This document shows, one piece after another, positions 36,701 to 38,725 of a stretch of DNA of 38,725 nucleotides. A program made the position numbers and the translations under genes. Within the stretch, counting starts at the first letter, position 1. Each line of letters starts with the position of its first letter. The notes beneath the pieces are model-generated. The model made no database searches, was not told where the DNA came from, and saw only the letters and a program-made list of their open reading frames with translations. The stretch is from a virus (lineage: Duplodnaviria; Caudoviricetes): positions 1 through 38,725 of the IMG/VR virus record IMGVR_UViG_3300044940_000463. The stretch is one strand, 5' to 3'.

Positions 36701-37513
36701 TTACGAGATAAGCTTAATGCTGTAGCTATTGACAGTCAATTAGCGTCTAAATTAGCTCCAGTTGGTAAACAATTACAAGAAGATTTAGCTGCATTACAAA
36801 ATAAAACAAATGAGTTGGCTAAAATTGATCCAAAAGGCGCTAGCGCATTTTATAAATTGCGATCTTCACAACTTATTGAATTAGCTGAGCTTGAGAGAGC
36901 CGCATTACAAGCTAGTAGTGGGTTAGAAGCTGAACGTATTCGAAATAAAATTGCAAGTTATAAAGAAGCTCATGCATTAGAACTTGCCATATTTGAACAG
37001 GAACAAAATGAGCGTCAAGCTGCATTAGCTGCTGAAGCTGAGAAATTTAAAGAATTGGGAGAAAAAATCGGTCAAGGATTTGCCGATAGTTTATCTCAAG
37101 GGCTTAGTACAATTGTTAATACAATACGTGAAGCAATGCAAGCAATGATTGGGGCTACTAAAAAAGAGCTTCAAATAGCATCCCCATCAGGTGTTTTTTA
37201 TAATATTGGAAAAGATACCCAATTAGGATTAATTAATGCGGTATATGATAGTTTACCAGCTATTAATAAAGCTGGGTCTATGATGGGATTAGCTTTATCG
37301 AACGGGGTAGAAGCTGATATTACTCCTACTTTTAATTCAAATCACCTAAATACTAGGGGAGTTAATAATGAGGGAATTACAATGATATTTAATTTAGATC
37401 TATCTAACTCAAATTTTAGTGAAACTCAAGTTAGAAATATTATCACTGAGGTAGTTGGGGAACAAATGAATAGTGGCTATTTGCGTAGCTTAGTTACTCA
37501 AAATAGGAGCTAA
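33770..37513 (+). CDS. Tape measure protein
   Basis: 1247 aa, Ala-rich and helical; DKVADAFKE, ALFGTMWEDLG, TM region, Trp-spaced repeats, LGISSPS. Confidence 0.93.
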   Translation: MASLAKLVVDLEVNVNQYLSGLNEAAKKTDEFGVMAETKLAGLAASGVAGLGAAFMAVGGTAFNFAQEVKQATNDIQAGLGLTADEAQKLGLVAKDVFGNNFGESMEEVAGAIVSIQAAFNRLRVDAGENIQSAVESAFALQDVFGIDVAESADAAAALMANFGLSAQQAFDFITKGAQEGLNASDDLIDTIREYTNLFGMQGHSAEQFYSILKTGSASGILGTDKVADAFKESGIRILEMTDEIMEAYTNIGNASFGADLAAQFGQVGDFLITTQAEAEAAARALAEMGINVSVEDLLIPIQTLNEETGELTLSAQNFGTVFASQVLEGVTDGSLTIADAQALALKGLKEMENQVYANSAGVALFGTMWEDLGTQVMVAIDNTTTNLSDLEGATDSLNVKYDNLGAVFSGVWRQGLIALEPVGVVLLNLANQIAPSIINVMSLVGPAIAAAFNWILNNGPTVVPILAGIGAIIIAAVVPAFITWATVASAAGAATLVAIAPLIPPILAIGAIVAVLTAIWVNNWGDIQGKTSAVIEAIVAWFKDFQKGLALVQSWVTQAATFVVTKFEELRTGAINPIEAVRNFLMEVWEAIYSNTVGKVTEMIAHVINQFAKTHPETIGKLQAVYNDAIAIWSELSNRIKSFTSALWDNIQSRFNAGKTVLIAIVNFINIGIINAFNNLIAPVISALSRVYTSVESKFNEAKTVALAKLTELVSGIANLASSFSSKAAEIGNAIIDGLKKAISNGAASVLNALADIAKGALQAAKNALGISSPSKEFIYVAQMIISGLLHVQEFAPEFQNALVEVITIGLDKATDTALISLSRLNNAVGEGIKQVVDTFKKLRFDELTGAKDLVRSKINVQNILDDFDQSINLINLEAKFAELSAQYESTVNKANAERAIIAQLQAVEDLNTKVRQQEALVGKLPQASKEQEKALKDLYVLWEEQERLIASLPTNIGSIADAEKRLSTILKEQESLRDKLNAVAIDSQLASKLAPVGKQLQEDLAALQNKTNELAKIDPKGASAFYKLRSSQLIELAELERAALQASSGLEAERIRNKIASYKEAHALELAIFEQEQNERQAALAAEAEKFKELGEKIGQGFADSLSQGLSTIVNTIREAMQAMIGATKKELQIASPSGVFYNIGKDTQLGLINAVYDSLPAINKAGSMMGLALSNGVEADITPTFNSNHLNTRGVNNEGITMIFNLDLSNSNFSETQVRNIITEVVGEQMNSGYLRSLVTQNRS

Positions 37514-37514
37514 T

Positions 37515-38725
37515 ATGGCGTTTTCAGTTCTTAGTATTCAAACAGGCTCTTTAAATATTTCTATTATGAATGCTACAGCAAATCAAGGAACTTATAGATT
37601 AGCTAATGCTACTTTTGCTCCACCTTTAAGTCGTAAAAGAGTAAATAAATTTTTATCTACACTCCCTTATGATGATCTTCAATGGAAGTTAAAAATTAAT
37701 ATTCATGCTAATACAGCGGAAAGTTGTTATACAGCTTTACAAAATCTTGTATTAGCAATGCATCAAATAGAAGATTGGAAAACAGGTACAGCTCCTGCTT
37801 GTAATATACTTTATCAACCACAAGGATCAACTTTACCTGCTCCTAATCGTTATTTATGTATTGATGTATTAGATTATAAATTACCTACTACTTTCGAAGA
37901 AACAGGATATACTTATGTACTTGTTGGTTTTGAATGTACAATAATTACACGTGGTTTAGGTATACAAACAACTACCGATGTAGCCGCCACTGCCTCTGAT
38001 GTGCCTACTTTACAAAAAGGTTTTGCAAATTGGGCTACACATCCTTTTGATTGCCCTTATTCAGTATCTTTTCTAAGCGCAAGTGGAACTGCTAATTTAG
38101 TTATACCCAACCCAGGTACTCTTTTTTTAGCTAATAGTAGCGATGCTCTTCACGTTGTTCCTGCTACAGGTACTGGAAATGTTCCTGGTTGGACTAGTGT
38201 GGCCGATGTAGCTACGGCATATGCTCCATATAATATAGCTAGATTTACACCTACTGTTGCAAATTCTTTTGTAACAGCCCCAACTCTTAGCTCAATCCCA
38301 ATGCCAGGGAACCGAATTAAAATATGGATATTAGCTCGTGTAAACGGAGCAGGGCGTAGATTTTCTATACAAGTAGCCCCAGCAGGTTCGCTATTTACCA
38401 ATATTAGCTTTTTATCTGCTACATTCACAGCAAACATACCAACTTTACAATATTTGGGTACTTATGTAGCTAATGTAACAAATGTAAATCAAATAACGTT
38501 TAGAGCTGCTGTTGATAGTTTAACTGGTAATCCTACATTAGATGTATTAGCTTATATTTTTTTATTAGATAGTGAATATACCACTAGTCTAACACTTTCA
38601 GCAATAAGCCCAACTTTTGCTTTTGCCAGTTTTTCATTTAGTATTAGTTCTAATTGGACTTCAAGCCTATTTCCTTCTATTTCAAATAGTATAACATTAG
38701 ACGGTTCTCCTTATTTGTATACACG
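37515..38725 (+). CDS. Distal tail (Dit-like) / tail-tip protein, 5' part; continues across the junction to 315 (446 aa total)
   Basis: ATG at 37515 with AGGAG SD directly after the tape measure stop. Open frame MAFSVLSIQTGSLNIS... with no stop to the window end. Absent from the ORF track. Dit identity inferred from position. Confidence 0.8.
   Translation, partial: MAFSVLSIQTGSLNISIMNATANQGTYRLANATFAPPLSRKRVNKFLSTLPYDDLQWKLKINIHANTAESCYTALQNLVLAMHQIEDWKTGTAPACNILYQPQGSTLPAPNRYLCIDVLDYKLPTTFEETGYTYVLVGFECTIITRGLGIQTTTDVAATASDVPTLQKGFANWATHPFDCPYSVSFLSASGTANLVIPNPGTLFLANSSDALHVVPATGTGNVPGWTSVADVATAYAPYNIARFTPTVANSFVTAPTLSSIPMPGNRIKIWILARVNGAGRRFSIQVAPAGSLFTNISFLSATFTANIPTLQYLGTYVANVTNVNQITFRAAVDSLTGNPTLDVLAYIFLLDSEYTTSLTLSAISPTFAFASFSFSISSNWTSSLFPSISNSITLDGSPYLYT
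38541..38725 (+). repeat. Terminal direct repeat, right copy
   Basis: Matches 1-185 at 184/185 positions. Confidence 0.97.

Noticed and set aside
201-38437. Shadow ORFs in the track (e.g. 201-443, 6875-7120, 8401-8616, 17750-18016, 23623-23856, 26068-26394, 29487-29825, 35131-35340, 38150-38437)
   Set aside because: They overlap well-supported genes in another frame or strand and lack an SD or recognisable motifs.
1-38725. Integrase/CI lysogeny module, tRNAs, DGR/reverse transcriptase, stop-codon recoding
   Set aside because: No recombinase or RT motifs and no cloverleaf noticed; genes are full length under code 11 and use TAA, TAG and TGA as stops.

Overview
This window is essentially a complete, circularly permuted tailed-phage genome (siphovirus-like) with a unit length of about 38,540 bp. 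Positions 1-185 repeat at 38541-38725 with one mismatch, and one tail gene reads through that junction. The genome has two divergent arms that meet at about 18.5-18.75 kb. The leftward early/replication arm encodes a ParB-methyltransferase fusion, a RepB-type primase/SF3 helicase, dCTP deaminase, an internally deleted YifB/ComM homolog, a RuvC-like resolvase, an SNF2 helicase, a Cas4-like exonuclease + Sak4-like ATPase + SSB module, membrane proteins, a BlaI-like regulator and a family A DNA polymerase with a UDG-like N-terminal domain. The rightward late arm encodes TerS, a lysis cassette, TerL, portal, a MuF-ADP-ribosyltransferase fusion, protease, capsid, neck, tail tube, frameshifted chaperones, tape measure and two tail-tip genes. 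I see no integrase, CI repressor, tRNA or CRISPR array. The most notable observations are: (1) an ATPase-dead mini-ComM/YifB that could act as a dominant-negative decoy; (2) a MuF-ART toxin with a candidate immunity gene; (3) a family of self-contained promoter-RBS-ORF-terminator cassettes, two of which sit antisense inside the late operon; (4) structured non-coding regions, including a switch-like 5' leader and an ori candidate. A Chloroflexota-like host is only an inference. All protein calls come from motif recognition by eye; no database search was run.
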